From Mobula hypostoma (Eukaryota): a stretch of DNA of 64,000 bases. The position numbers and the translations under genes were made by a program. The DNA lies in contig NC_086108.1 of assembly GCF_963921235.1 (NCBI RefSeq), positions 35,590,001 through 35,654,000 on the forward strand, in the 5' to 3' direction. The notes below the pieces were generated by a model, which was given only the letters and a program-made list of their open reading frames with translations, had not been told where the DNA came from and did no database searches. Shown here one piece after another: positions 1 through 13,246 of the stretch; the first letter of the stretch is position 1, and every line of letters begins with the position of its first letter.

Positions 1-3000
1 AGGCTGGAGACTAGAGGCGAGGCTGGAGGCTGGAGACTAGAGGCGAGGCTGGAGGCTGGAGACTAGAGGCGAGGCTGGGCGCTAGAGACTAGAGACTAGA
101 GACTAGAGACTAGAGGTGAGGCTGGAGGCTGGAGGCTTGAGAATAGAGGCGAGGCAGGAGGCTGGAGGCTGGAGACGAGACTAGAGGCGAGGCTGGAGGC
201 TAGAGGCTGGAGACGAGACTAGAGACGAGGCTGGAGGATGGAGACTAGAGGCGAGGCTAGAGGCTGGAGACGAGACTAGAGACGAGGCTGGAGGCTGGAG
301 ACTAGAGGCGAGGCTGGAGGCTGGAGGCTGGAGACTAGAGACAAGGCTGGAGGCTGGAGGCTGGAGACCAGAGGCGAGGCTGGAGGCTGGAGGCTAGAGA
401 CTAGAGGTGAGGCTGGAGGCTGGAAGCTAGAGACTAGAGGCTGGAGGCTGGAGGCTGGAAGCTGGAGGCTGGAGGCTGGAGACTAGAGTCTACAGGCTCG
501 AGGCTAGGCAAGGGACCAGGCGAGGCTTGGCAGGAGGCTGGAGGCTAGAGACTAGAGGCGACGCTGGAGGTTGGAGGCTAGAGACTAGAGACTAGAGGCT
601 GGAGGCTGGAGACTAGAAGCGAGGCTGGAGACTGGAGACGAGGCTGGAGGCTGGAGACTAGAGGCGAGGCTGGAGACTGGAGACTGGAGGCAAGGCTGGA
701 GGCTGGAGACTAGAGGCTGGAGGCTGGAGACTAGAGGCGAGGCTGGACGCTAGAGACTAAAGACTAGAGACTAGAGACTCGAGGTGAGGCTGGAGGCTGG
801 AGGCTGGAGAATAGAGGCGAGGCTGGAGGCTGGAGGCTGGAGGCTGGAGGCTGGAGGCTGGAGACGAGACTAGAGGCGAGGCTGGAGGCTAGAGGCTGGA
901 GACGAGACTAGAGACAAGGCTGGAGGCTGGAGACTAGAGGCAAGGCTGGAGGCTGGAGGCTGGAGACTAGAGGCGAGACTGGACGCTAGAGGCTGGAGGC
1001 TGGAGACGAGACCAGAGATGAGGCTGGAGGCTGGAGACTAGAGGCGAGGCTGGAGGCTGGAGGCTGGAGGCTGGAGACCAGAGGCGAGGCTGGAGGCTGG
1101 AGGCTAGAGACTAGAGGTGAGGCTGGAGGCTGGAAGCTAGAGACTAGAGGCTGGAGGCTGGAGGCTGGAGGCTGGAGACTAGACTCTACAGGCTCGAGGC
1201 TAGGCAAGGGACCAGGCAAGGCTTAGCAGGAGGCTGGAGGCTAGAGACTAGAGGCGACGCTGGAGTTTGGAGGCTAGAGGCTAGAGACTAGAGGCTGGAG
1301 GCTGGAGACTAGAAGCGAGGCTGGAGACTGGAGACGAGGCTGGAGGCTGGAGACTAGAGGTGAGGCTGGAGACTGGAGACTGGAGGCAAGGCTGGAGGCT
1401 GGAGACTAAAGGCTGGAGGCTGGAGACTAGAGGTGAGGCTGGACACTAGAGACTAAAGACTAGAGACTAGAGACTCGAGGTGAGGCTGGAGGCTGGAGAA
1501 TAGAGGCGAGGCTGGAGGCTGGAGGCTGGAGACGAGACTAGAGGCGAGGCTGGAGGCTGGAGGCTGGAGATGAGACTAGAGGCAAGGCTGGAGGCTGGAG
1601 GCTGGAGACTAGAGGCGAGACTGGACGCTAGAGGCTGGAGGCTGGAGACGAGACCAGAGACGAGGCTGGAGGCTGGAGACTAGAGGCGAGGCTGGAGGCT
1701 GGAGGCTGGAGACCAGAGGCGAGGCTGGAGGCTGGAGGCTAGAGACTAGAGGTGCGGCTGGAGGCTGGAAGCTAGAGACTAGAGGCTGGAGGCTGGAGGC
1801 TGGAAGCTGGAGGCTGGAGGCTGGAGACTAGACTCTACAGGCTCGAGGCTAGGCAAGGGACCAGGCAAGGCTTAGCAGGAGGCTGGAGGCTAGAGACTAG
1901 AGGCGACGCTGGAGGTTGGAGGCTAGAGGCTAGAGACTAGAGGCTGGAGGCTGGAGACTAGAAGCGAGGCTGGAGACTGGAGACGAGGCTGGAGGCTGGA
2001 GACTAGAGGCGAGGCTGGAGACTGGAGACTGGAGGCTAGGCTGGAGGCTGGAGACTAGAGGCTGGAGGCTGGAGACTAGAGGCGAGGCTGGACACTAGAG
2101 ACTAAAGACTAGAGACTAGAGACTCGAGGTGAGGCTGGAGGCTGGAGAATAGAGGCGAGGCTGGAGGCTGGAGGCTGGAGACGAGACTAGAGGCGAGGCT
2201 GGAGGCTGGAGGCTGGAGATGAGACTAGAGACAAGGCTGGAGGCTGGAGACTAGAGGCAAGGCTGGAGGCTGGAGGCTGGAGACTAGAGGCGAGACTAGA
2301 GGCTAGAGGTTGGAGACGGGACTAGAGACGAGGCTGGAGGCTGGAGACTAGAGGCGAGGCTGGAGGCTGGAGGCTGGAGACTAGAGGCGAGGCTGCAGGC
2401 TGGAGGCTGGAGACTAGAGTCGAGGCTGGAGTCTGGAGGCTGGAGAATAGAGGCGAGGCTGCAGGCTGGAGGCTGGAGACTAGAGACAAGGCTGGAGGCT
2501 GGAGGCTGGAGAGCAGAGGTGAGGCTGGAGGCTGGAGGCTAGAGACTAGAGGTGAGGCTGGAGGCTGGAAGCTAGAGACTAGAGGCTGGAGGCTGGAGGC
2601 TGGAGACTAGAGTCTACAGGCTCGAGGCTAGGCAAGGGTCCAGGCGAGGCTTGGCAGGAGGCTGGAGGCTAGAGACTAGAGGCGACGCTGGAGGTTGGAG
2701 GCTAGAGACTAGAGACTAGAGGCTGGAGGTTGGAGACCAGAAGCGAGGCTGGAGACTGGAGACGAGGCTGGAGACTGGAGACTAGAGGCGAGGCTGGAGA
2801 CTGGAGACTGGAGGCTGGAGGCAAGGCTGGAGGCTGGAGACTGGAGGCGAGGCTGGAGGCTGGAGACTAGAGGCAAGGCTGGAGGCTGGAGACTAGAGGC
2901 GAGACTGGAGACTACAGTTGAGGCTGGAGGCTGGAGGCTGGAGAATAGAGGCGAGGCTGGAGGCTGGAGGCTAGAGACGAGACTAGAGGCGATGCTGGAG

Positions 3001-6000
3001 GCTAGAGACTAGAGACTAGAGGCCGGAGGCTGGAGACGAGGCTGGAGGCTGGAGACTAGAGGCGAGGCTGGAGACTGGAGACTGGAGACTGGAGGCAAGG
3101 CTGGAGGCTGGAGACTAGAGCCGAGGCTGGAGGCTGGAGACTGGAGACTAGAGGCGAGGCTGGACGCTAGAGACTAAAGACTAGAGACTAGAGACTAGAT
3201 GTGAGGCTGGAGGCTGGAGGCTGGAGAATAGAGGCGAGGCTGGAGGCTGGAGGCTGGAGACGAGACTAGAAGCGAGGCTGGAGGCTGGAGGCTGGAGACT
3301 AGAGACTAGAGGCGAGGCTGGAGGCTGGAGACTAGAGGCGAGGCTGCAGGCTGGAGGCTGGAGACTAGAGTCGAGGCTGGAGGCTGGAGGCTGGAGACTA
3401 GAGACAAGGCTGGAGGCTGGAGGCTGGAGACCAGAGGCGAGGCTGGAGGCTGGAGGCTAGAGACTTGAGGCGAGGCTGGAGGCTGGAGGCTAGAGACTAG
3501 AGACTAGAGGCTGGAGGCTGGAGGCTAGAGACTGGAGGCTCGAGACTGGAGGCTCGAGACTAGAGTCAACAGGCTCGAGGCTAGGCAAGGGACCAGGCGA
3601 GGCTTGGCAGGAGGCTGGAGGCTAGAGACTAGAGGCGACGCTGGAGGTTGGAGGCTAGAGACTAGAGGCTAGAGGCTGGAGACTAGAAGCGAGTTTGGAG
3701 ACTGGAGACGAGGCTGGAGGCTGGAGACTAGAGGCGAGGCTGGAGACAGGAGACTGGAGGCTGGAGACTAGAGGCGAGGCTGGAGGCTGGAGGCTGGAGA
3801 CCAGAGGCAAGGCTGGAAGCTGGAGGCTGGAGACTAGAGGCGAGGCTGCAGGCTGGAGGCTGGAGACTAGAGTCGAGGCTGGAGGCTGGAGGCTGGAGAC
3901 TAGAGGCGAGGCTGGAGGCTGGAGGCTGGAGACTAGAGACAAGGCTGGAGGCTGCAGGCTAGAGACTAGAGGCGAGGCAGGAGGCTTGGCTTGGCAAGAG
4001 TCTAGAGGCTAGAGGCTGAAGTCTACAGGCTGGATGCTTGGCTTGGCAAGAGTCTAGAGGCAAGAAGCTGAAGTCTACAGGCTCGAGGCTAGGCAAGAGA
4101 CCAGGCGAGGCTTGGCAGGAGGCTGGAGATGAGACTGGAGGCGAGGCTCGAAGCTGGAGGCTGGAGACTGGAGACTGGAGGCAAGGCTGGAGGCTGGAGG
4201 CTAGAGGCGAGGCTGGAGGCTAGAGGCTAGAGGCTAGAAGCTGGAGACTAGAGGTGAGACTGGAAACTGGAGACTAGAGGCGAGGCTGGATGCTGGAGAC
4301 TAGAGGCGAGGCTGGAGGCTGTAGACTGGAGACTAGAGGCGAGGCTGGAGGCTGGAGGCTGGAGACTAGAGGCGAGGCTGGAGGCTGGAGGCTGGAGACT
4401 AGAGACTAGAGGCTAGAGGCTAGAGGCTAGAGGCTGAAGTCTACAGGCTCGAGGGTAGGCAAGAGACGAGGCAAGGATTGGCAGGAGGCTGGAGATGAGA
4501 CTAGAGGCGAGGCTGGAGGCTGGAGGCGAGGCTTGAGGCTGGAGGCTAGAGACTAGAGGCGAGGCTGGAGGCTGGAGGCTGGAGACTAGAGGTGAGACTG
4601 GAAACTGGAGACTAGGGGTGAGGCTGTGGACTGGAGACCAGAGGCGAGGCTGGAGGCTGGAGGCTAGAGGCGAGGCTGGAGGCTGGAGGCTGGAGACTAG
4701 AGGCGAGGCTGGAGGCTGGAGGCTGGAGACTAGAGACTAGAGGCTGAAGTCTAGAGGCTCGAGGGTAGGCAAGAGACGAGGCAAGGATTGGCCGGAGGCT
4801 GGAGATGAGACTAGAGACGAGGCTGGAAGCTGGAGGGTAGAGACTAGAGGCGAGGCTGGAGACTGGAGACTGGAGGCAAGGCTGGAGGCTGGAGACTAGA
4901 GGCGAGACTGGAGACTAGAGACTAGAGGCGAGACTGGAGACCAGAGGCGAGGCTGGAGACTAGAGACTAGAGGCGAAGCTGGAGGCTGGAGACTAGAGGC
5001 GAGGCTGGAGAATAGAGGCGAGGCTGGAGGCTGGAGACTAGAGGCGAGGCTGGAGGCTGGAGACTAGAGGCGAGACTGGAGACTAGAGACTAGAGCCGAG
5101 GCTGGAGACTAGAGGTGAGGCTGGAGGCTGGAGGCTGGAGACTATAGGCAAGGCTGGAGGCTGGAGACTAGTGGCGAGGCTGGAGGCTGGAGAATAGAGG
5201 CGAAGCTGGAGGCTGGAGATTGGAGTCTACAGGCTCGAGGCTAGGCCAGGGACCAGGCGAGGCTTGGCAGGAGGCTGGAGGCGATACTAGAGGCGAGGCT
5301 GGAGACTAGAGGTGAGGCTGGAGACTGGAGACTGCAGACTGGAGGCAAGGCTGAAGGCTGGAGACTAGAGGCGAGGCTGGAGGCTGGAGACTAGAGGCGA
5401 GGCTGGGCGCTAGAGACTAAAGACTAGAGACTAGAGACCAGAGGTGAGGCTGGAGGCTGGAGGCTGGAGAATAGAGGCGAGGCTGGAGCCTGGAGGCTGG
5501 AGACGAGACTGGAGGCGAGGCTGGAGGCTAGAGGCTGGAGACGAGACTAGAGACGAGGCTGGAGGCTGGAGACTAGAGGCGAGGCTGGAGACTGGAGGCT
5601 GGAGACTAGAGGCGAGGCTGGAGGCTGGAGGCTGGAGACTAGAGACAAGGCTGGAGGCTGGAGACCAGAGGCGAGGCTGGAGGCTGGAGGCTAGAGACTA
5701 GAGGTGAGGCTGGAGGCTGGAGGCTAGAGACTAGAGGCTGGAGGCTGGAGACTAGAGTCTACGGGCTCGAGGCTAGGCCAGGGACCAGGCGAGGCTTGGC
5801 AGGAGGCTGGAGGCTAGAGACTAGAGGCGACGCTGGAGGTTGGAGGCTAGAGACTAGAGACTAGAGGCTGGAGGCTGGAGACTAGAAGAGAGGCTGGAGA
5901 CTGGAGACGAGGCTGGAGGCTGGAGACTAGAGGCAAGGCTGGAGACTGGAGGCAAGGCTGGAGGCTGGAGACTAGAGGCGAGGCTGGAGGCTGGAGACTA

Positions 6001-9000
6001 GAGGCGAGGCTGGGCGCTAGAGACTAAAGACTAGAGACTAGAGACCAGAGGTGAGGCTGGAGGCTGGAGGCTGGAGAATAGAGGCGAGGCTGGAGCCTGG
6101 AGGCTGGAGACGAGACTGGAGGCGAGGCTGGAGGCTAGAGGCTGGAGACGAGACTAGAGACGAGGCTGGAGGCTGGAGACTAGAGGCGAGGCTGGAGACT
6201 GGAGGCTGGAGACTAGAGGCGAGGCTGGAGGCTGGAGGCTGGAGACTAGAGACAAGGCTGGAGGCTGGAGACCAGAGGCGAGGCTGGAGGCTGGAGGCTA
6301 GAGACTAGAGGTGAGGCTGGAGGCTGGAGGCTAGAGACTAGAGGCTGGAGGCTGGAGACTAGAGTCTACAGGCTCGAGGCTAGGCCAGGGACCAGGCGAG
6401 GCTTGGCAGGAGGCTGGAGGCTAGAGACTAGAGGCGACGCTGGAGGTTGGAGGCTAGAGACTAGAGACTAGAGGTGAGGCTGGAGGCTGGAGGCTGGAGA
6501 CGAGACTAGAGACGAGGCTGGAGGCTGGAGACTAGAGGCGAGGCTGGAGACTGGAGACTGGAGACTGGAGGCAAGGCTGGAGGCTGGAGACTAGAGGTTG
6601 GAGGCTGGAGACTAGAGGCGAGGCTGGACGCTAGAGACTAAAGACTAGAGACTAGAGACTAGATGTGAGGCTGGAGGCTGGAGAATAGAGGCGAGGCTGG
6701 AGGCTGGAGGCTGGAGACGAGACTAGAGGCGAGGCTGGAGGCTAGAGGCTGGAGACGAGATTAGAGACGAGGCTGGAGGCTGGAGACTAGAGACGAGGCT
6801 GGAGGCTGGAGACTAGAGGCGAGGCTGCAGGCTGGAGGCTGGAGACGAGACCAGAGGCGAGGCTGGAGGCTAGAGGCTGGAGACGAGACTAGAGACGAGG
6901 CTGGAGGCTGGAGGCTGGAGACTAGAGGCGAGGCTGCAGGCTGGAGGCTGGAGACTAGAGTCGAGGCTGGAGGCTGGAGGCTGGAGACTAGAGGCGAGGC
7001 TGGAGACTAGAGACAAGGCTGGAGGCTGGAGGCTGGAGACCAGAGGCGAGGCTGGAGGCTGGAGGCTAGAGACTAGAGGTGAGGCTGGAGGCTGGAGGCT
7101 AGAGACTAGAGGCTGGAGGCTGAGGCTGGAGGCTGGAGGCTGGAGACTAGAGTCTACAGGCTCGAGGCTAGGCAAGGGTCCAGGCGAGGCTTGGCAGGAG
7201 GCTGGAGGCTAGAGACTAGAGGCGACGCTGGAGGTTGGAGGCTAGAGACTAGAGACTAGAGGCTGGAGGCTGGAGACCAGAAGCGAGGCTGGAGACTGGA
7301 GACAAGGCTGGAGGCTGGAGACTAGAGGCGAGGCTGGAGACTGGAGACTGGAGGCTGGAGGCAAGGCTGGAGGGTGGAGACTGGAGGCGAGGCTGGAGGC
7401 TGGAGACTAGAGGCGAGGCTGGAGGCTGGAGACTAGAGGCGAGACTGGAGACTACAGGTCAGGCTGGAGGCTGGAGACTAGAGGCGAGGCTGGAGGCTAG
7501 AGACTAGAGGCGAGGCTGGAGACTGGAGACTGGAGACTGGAGGCAAGGCTGGAGGCTGGAGACTAGAGGTTGGAGGCTGGAGACTAGAGGCGAGGCTGGA
7601 CGCTAGAGACTAAAGACTAGAGACTAGAGACTAGATGTGAGGCTGGAGGCTGGAGAATAGAGGCGAGGCTGGAGGCTGGAGGCTGGAGACGAGACTAGAG
7701 GCGAGGCTGGAGGCTAGAGGCTGGAGACGAGATTAGAGACGAGGCTGGAGGCTGGAGACTAGAGACGAGGCTGGAGGCTGGAGACTAGAGGCGAGGCTGC
7801 AGGCTGGAGGCTGGAGACGAGACCAGAGGCGAGGCTGGAGGCTAGAGGCTGGAGACGAGACTAGAGACGAGGCTGGAGGCTGGAGACTAGAGGCGAGGCT
7901 GGAGGCTGGAGGCTGGAGACTAGAGGCGAGGCTGCAGGCTGGAGGCTGGAGACTAGAGTCGAGGCTGGAGGCTGGAGGCTGGAGACTAGAGGCGAGGCTG
8001 GAGACTAGAGACAAGGCTGGAGGCTGGAGGCTGGAGACCAGAGGCGAGGCTGGAGGCTGGAGGCTAGAGACTAGAGGTGAGGCTGGAGGCTGGAGGCTAG
8101 AGACTAGAGGCTGGAGGCTGAGGCTGGAGGCTGGAGGCTGGAGACTAGAGTCTACAGGCTCGAGGCTAGGCAAGGGTCCAGGCGAGGCTTGGCAGGAGGC
8201 TGGAGGCTAGAGACTAGAGGCGACGCTAGAGGTTGGAGGCTAGAGACTAGAGACTAGAGGCTGGAGGCTGGAGACCAGAAGCGAGGCTGGAGACTGGAGA
8301 CAAGGCTGGAGGCTGGAGACTAGAGGCGAGGCTGGAGACTGGAGACTGGAGGCTGGAGGCAAGGCTGGAGGGTGGAGACTGGAGGCGAGGCTGGAGGCTG
8401 GAGACTAGAGGCGAGGCTGGAGGCTGGAGACTAGAGGCGAGACTGGAGACTACAGGTCAGGCTGGAGGCTGGAGACTAGAGGCGAGGCTGGAGGCTAGAG
8501 ACTAGAGAGTAGAGGCTGGAGGCTGGAGACTAGAAGCGAGGCTGGAGACTGGAGACGAGGCTGGAGGCTGGAGACTAGAGGCGAGGCTGGAGACTGGAGA
8601 CTGGAGGCAAGGCTGGAGGCTGGAGACTAGAGGCGAGGCTGGAGGCTGGAGACTAGAGGCGAGGCTGGACGCTAGAGACTAAAGACTAGAGACTAGAGAC
8701 TCGAGGTGAGGCTGGAGGCTGGAGGCTGGAGAATAGAGGCGAGGCTGGAGGCTGGAGTTGAGACTAGAGGCGAGGCTGGAGGCTGGAGGCTGGAGACGAG
8801 GCTGGAGGCTGGAGGCTGGAGACTAGAGGCGAGGCTGGAGGCTAGAGGCTGGAGACTAGAGGCGAGGCTGCAGGCTGGAGGCTGGAGGCTGGAGACTAGA
8901 GTCGAGGCTGGAGGCTGGAGGCTGGAGACTAGTGGCGAGGCTGGAGGCTGGAGTTGAGACTAGAGGCGAGGCTGGAGGCTGGAGGCTGGAGACGAGGCTG

Positions 9001-12000
9001 GAGGCTGGAGGCTGGAGACTAGAGTCGAGGCTGGAGGCTGGAGGCTGGAGACCAGAGGCGAGGCTGGAGGCTGGAGGCTAGAGACTAGAGACTAGAGGCT
9101 GGAGGCTGGAGGCTGGAGGCTAGAGGCTGGAGGCTGGAGACTAAAGTCAACAGGCTCGAGGCTAGGCAAGGGACCAGGCGAGGCTTGGCAGGAGAATGGA
9201 GGCTAGAGACTAGAGGCGACGCTGGAGGTAGGAGGCTAGAGACTAGAGACTAGAGGCTGGAGGCTGGAGACTAGAAGCGAGGCTGGAGACTGGAGACGAG
9301 GCTGGAGACTGGAGACTAGAGGCGAGGCTGGAGGCAGGAGACTGGAGGCTGGAGACTAGAGGCGAGGCTGGAGGCTGGAGGCTGGAGACTAGAGGCAAGG
9401 CTGGAGGCTGGAGGCTGGAGACTAGAGGCGAGGCTGGAGACTAGAGGTGAGGCTGGAGACTGGAGACTGCAGACTGGAGGCAAGGCTGAAGGCTGGAGAC
9501 TAGAGGCGAGGCTGGAGGCTGGAGACTAGAGGCGAGGCTGGGCGCTAGAGACTAAAGACTAGAGACTAGAGACCAGAGGTGAGGCTGGAGGCTGGAGGCT
9601 GGAGAATAGAGGCGAGGCTGGAGCCTGGAGGCTGGAGACGAGACTGGAGGCGAGGCTGGAGGCTAGAGGCTGGAGACGAGACTAGAGACGAGGCTGGAGG
9701 CTGGAGACTAGAGACGAGGCTGGAGGCTGGAGGCTGGAGACTAGAGGCGAGGCTGCAGGCTGGAGGCTGGAGACGAGACCAGAGGCGAGGCTGGAGGCTA
9801 TAGGCTGGAGACGAGACTAGAGACGAGGCTGGAGGCTGGAGGCTGGAGGCTGGAGACGAGACTAGAGATGAGGCTGGAGGCTGGAGACTAGAGACGAGGC
9901 TGGAGGCTGGAGACTAGAGGCGAGGCTGCAGGCTGGAGGCTGGAGACGAGACCAGAGGCGAGGCTGGAGGCTAGAGGCTGGAGACGAGACTAGAGACGAG
10001 GCTGGAGGCTGGAGACTAGAGGCGAGGCTGGAGGCTGGAGGCTGGAGACTAGAGGCGAGGCTGCAGGCTGGAGGCTGGAGACTAGAGTCGAGGCTGGAGG
10101 CTGGAGGCTGGAGACTAGAGGCGAGGCTGGAGGCTGGAGGCTGGAGACTAGAGACAAGGCTGGAGGCTGGAGACCAGAGGCGAGGCTGGAGGCTGGAGGC
10201 TAGAGACTAGAGGCTGGAGGCTGAGGCTGGAGGCTGGAGGCTGGAGACTAGAGTTTACAGGCTCGAGGCTAGGCAAGGGTCCAGGCGAGGCTTGGCAGGA
10301 GGCTGGAGGCTAGAGACTAGAGGCGACGCTGGAGGTTGGAGGCTAGAGACTAGAGACTAGAGGCTGGAGGCTGGAGACCAGAAGCGAGGCTGGAGACTGG
10401 AGACAAGGCTGGAGGCTGGAGACTAGAGGCGAGGCTGGAGGCTGGAGACTAGAGGCAAGGCTGGAGGCTGGAGACTAGAGGCGAGACTGGAGACTACAGG
10501 TGAGGCTGGAGGCTGGATGCTAGAGACGAGACTAGAGGCGAGGCTGGAGGCTGGAGACTAGAGGCGAGGCTGGAGGCTAGAGACTAGAGACTAGAGGCTG
10601 GAGGCTGGAGACTAGAAGCGAGGCTGGAGACTGGAGACGAGGCTGGAGGCTGGAGACTGGAGACTGGAGGCAAGGCTGGAGGCTGGAGACTAGAGGCGAT
10701 GCTGGAGGCTGGAGACTAGAGGCGAGGCTGGACGCTAGAGACTAAAGACTAGAGACTAGAGACTAGAGATGAGGCTGGAGGCTGGAGGCTGGAGAATAGA
10801 GGCGAGGCTGGAGGCTGGAGGCTGGAGTTGAGACTAGAGGCGAGGCTGGAGGCTGGAGGCTGGAGACGAGGCTGGAGGCTGGAGGCTGGAGACTAGAGGC
10901 GAGGCTGGAGGCTGGAGACTAGAGGCGAGGCTGCAGGCTGGATGCTGGAGACTAGAGTCAAGGCTGGAGGCTGGAGGCTGGAGACTAGTGGCGAGGCTGG
11001 AGGCTGGAGACTAGAGACAAGGCTGGAGGCTGGAGGCTGGAGACCAGAGGCGAGGCTGGAGGCTGGAGGCTAGAGACTTGAGGCGAGGCTGGAGGCTGGA
11101 GGCTAGAGACTAGAGACTAGAGGCTGGAGGCTGGAGACTAGAGTCAACAGGCTCAAGGCTAGGCAAGGGACCAGGCGAGGCTTGGCAGGAGGCTGGAGGC
11201 TAGAGACTAGAGGCGACGCTGGAGGTTGGAGGCTAGAGACTAGAGACTAGAGGCTGGAGGCTGGAGGCTGGAGACTAGAAGCGAGGCTGGAGACTGGAGA
11301 CAAGGCTGGAGACTGGAGACTAGAGGCGAGGCTGGAGGCAGGAGACTGGAGGCTGGAGACTAGAGGCGAGGCTGGAGGCTGGAGGCTGGAGACTAGAGGC
11401 AAGGCTGGAGGCTGGAGACTAGAGGCGAGGTTGGAGGCTGCAGGCTAGAGACTAGAGGTGAGGCAGGAGGCTTGGGATGGCAAGAGTCTAGAGGCTAGAG
11501 GCTGAAGTCTACAGGCTGGATGCTTGGCTTGGCAAGAGTCTAGTGGCAAGAAGCTGAAGTCTACAGGCTCGAGGCTAGGCAAGAGACCAGGCGAGGCTTG
11601 GCAGGAGGCTGGAGGCGAGGCTCGAAGCTGGAGGCTGGAGACTAGAGGCGAGGCTGGAGACTGGAGACTGGAGGCAAGGCTGGAGGCTGGAGACTAGAGG
11701 CGAGACTGCAGAATAGAGGCGAGGCTAGAGGCTGGAGACTAGAGGTGAGGCTGGAGGTTGGAGGCTGGAGACTAGAGGCGAGGCTGGAGGCTGGAGGCTG
11801 GAGACTGGAGGCGAGGCTGGAGGCTGGAGACTGGAGGCGAGGCTGGAGGCTGAAGACTAGAGGCGAGGCGTGAGGCTGGAGACTAGAGTCTACAGGCTCG
11901 AGGCTAGGCAAGAGACTAGGCGAGGCTTGGCAGGAAGCAGGAGACGAGACTAGAGGCGAGGCTGGAGACTGGAGACTGGAGACTGGAGGCAAGGCTGGAG

Positions 12001-12700
12001 GCTGGAGACCAGAGGCGAGGCTGGAGGCTGGAGGCGAGGCTGGATGCTGGAGACTAGAGGCGAGGCTGGAGAATAGAGGCGAGGCTGGAGAAGAGAGGTG
12101 AGGCTAGAGGCTGGAGACTTGAGGTGAGGCTGGAGACTAGAGGTGAGGCTGGAGGCTGGAGGCTGGAGACTAGAGACAAGGCTGGAGTCTGGAGACTAGA
12201 GTCTACAGGCTCGAGGCTAGGCAAGAGACCAGGCGAGGCTTGGCAGGAGGCTGGAGACGAGATTAGAGGCGAGGCTGGAAGCTGGAGGCTGGAGACTAGA
12301 GGCGAGGCTGGAGACTGGAGACTGGAGACTGGAGACTGGAGACTAGAGGCTAGAGGCGAGGCTGGAGCCTGGAGGCTGGAGACTAGAGGCAAGGCTGGAA
12401 GCTGGAGACTAGAGGCGAGGCTGGAGGCTGGAGACTAGAGGCGAGGCTGGAGGCTTGGCTTGGCAAGAGTCTAGAGGCTAGAGGCTGAAATCTACAGGCT
12501 GGAGGCTTGGCTTGGCAAGAGTCTAGAGGCTAGAAGCTGAAGTCTACAGGCTCGAGGGTAGGCAAGAGACGAGGCAAGGCTTGGCAGGAGGCTGGAGATG
12601 AGACTAGAGGCGTGGCTGGAGACTAGAGGCAAGGTTGGAGGCTGGAGGCTGGAGACTAGAGGCAAGGCTGGAGGCTGGAGGCTGGAGACTAGAGGCAAGG
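1..12700. repeat. Complex purine-rich satellite of G(G/A)CT(G/A)GA 7-mers and GGCGA-type 5-mers, with higher-order repeats
   Basis: Continuous mosaic of GGCTGGA, GACTAGA, GACTGGA, GGCTAGA with GGCGA, GACGA, GGTGA, GGCAA. About 20 copies of a ~55-bp landmark cassette (GTCTACAGGCTCGAGGCTAGGCAAG...). Runs off the left edge of the window. Confidence 0.97.
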
Positions 12701-13246
12701 GCGCGGATCACCTGGGCAGGGCGCGTATCACCACCCGACAGAGGCAAGGGACAGAAAGGGACAGAACCAACCCCAGATAACGGCAGGACAGCCTGGCTTA
12801 CCAGGGCGGAGGCAAGGGACAGGAAGGGACAGAACCAACCCCAGGTAACGGCAAGACAGCCTGGCTTACCTGGGTGGAGGCAAGGGACAGGGAAGGAGCT
12901 AGGTACAGGGTGGTTCCAGGACCAGACAGCAAGACAACGCAAGGCTACTGGCAAAGCAAGGCAAGGCGAGAACTTCAGGTGAGGCGAGAGTTACCTGCAA
13001 GACAAGGCAGGGCTTCAGGTGAGGAAACAGTAGGCAGGGGAAGGGATACAAGGAGTAAGGACAAGAACAATCCAGCAGCCATGCCCTGGTCTCTGAAGGT
13101 ATTTATGCAGCCAGCCCCAATGAGCATCAGCTGACTCAATTAGAGCACAACAAGGACAGAAACAGGGTAGACAGGAAAACCTGGAGCAAGGGTGGATGGA
13201 CCGAACCGTAAACCGGAATATGGACTTCACGGACCGGACTATGACA
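12700..13246 (-). mobile_element. Putative 5' part (U3/R) of a Gypsy-like LTR that leads into the satellite
   Basis: Minus strand starts TGTCATAG at 13246, then TGAGTCAGCTG (AP-1/E-box) and TATA-like GCATAAATACC (~13098-13108), then tandem repeats. The other LTR end and TSD are not in the window. Confidence 0.6.
12741..12891. repeat. 68-bp tandem repeat, ~2.2 copies
   Basis: GAGGCAAGGGACAG starts at 12741, 12809 and 12877; the first two units are nearly identical. Confidence 0.9.

Noticed and set aside
986..12698. ORFs such as SLQPPASSLV... and GGWRLETRGE... as repetitive proteins
   Set aside because: They are short, frame-shifting translations of 7/5-mer satellite with frequent TAG stops and no splice or gene context.
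1..12700. Immunoglobulin switch-like region (dense GGCT = RGYW on a G-rich strand) or CRISPR array
   Set aside because: No Ig exons are nearby, palindromic AGCT is rare and there are no unique spacers. An LTR-linked satellite explains it more simply.
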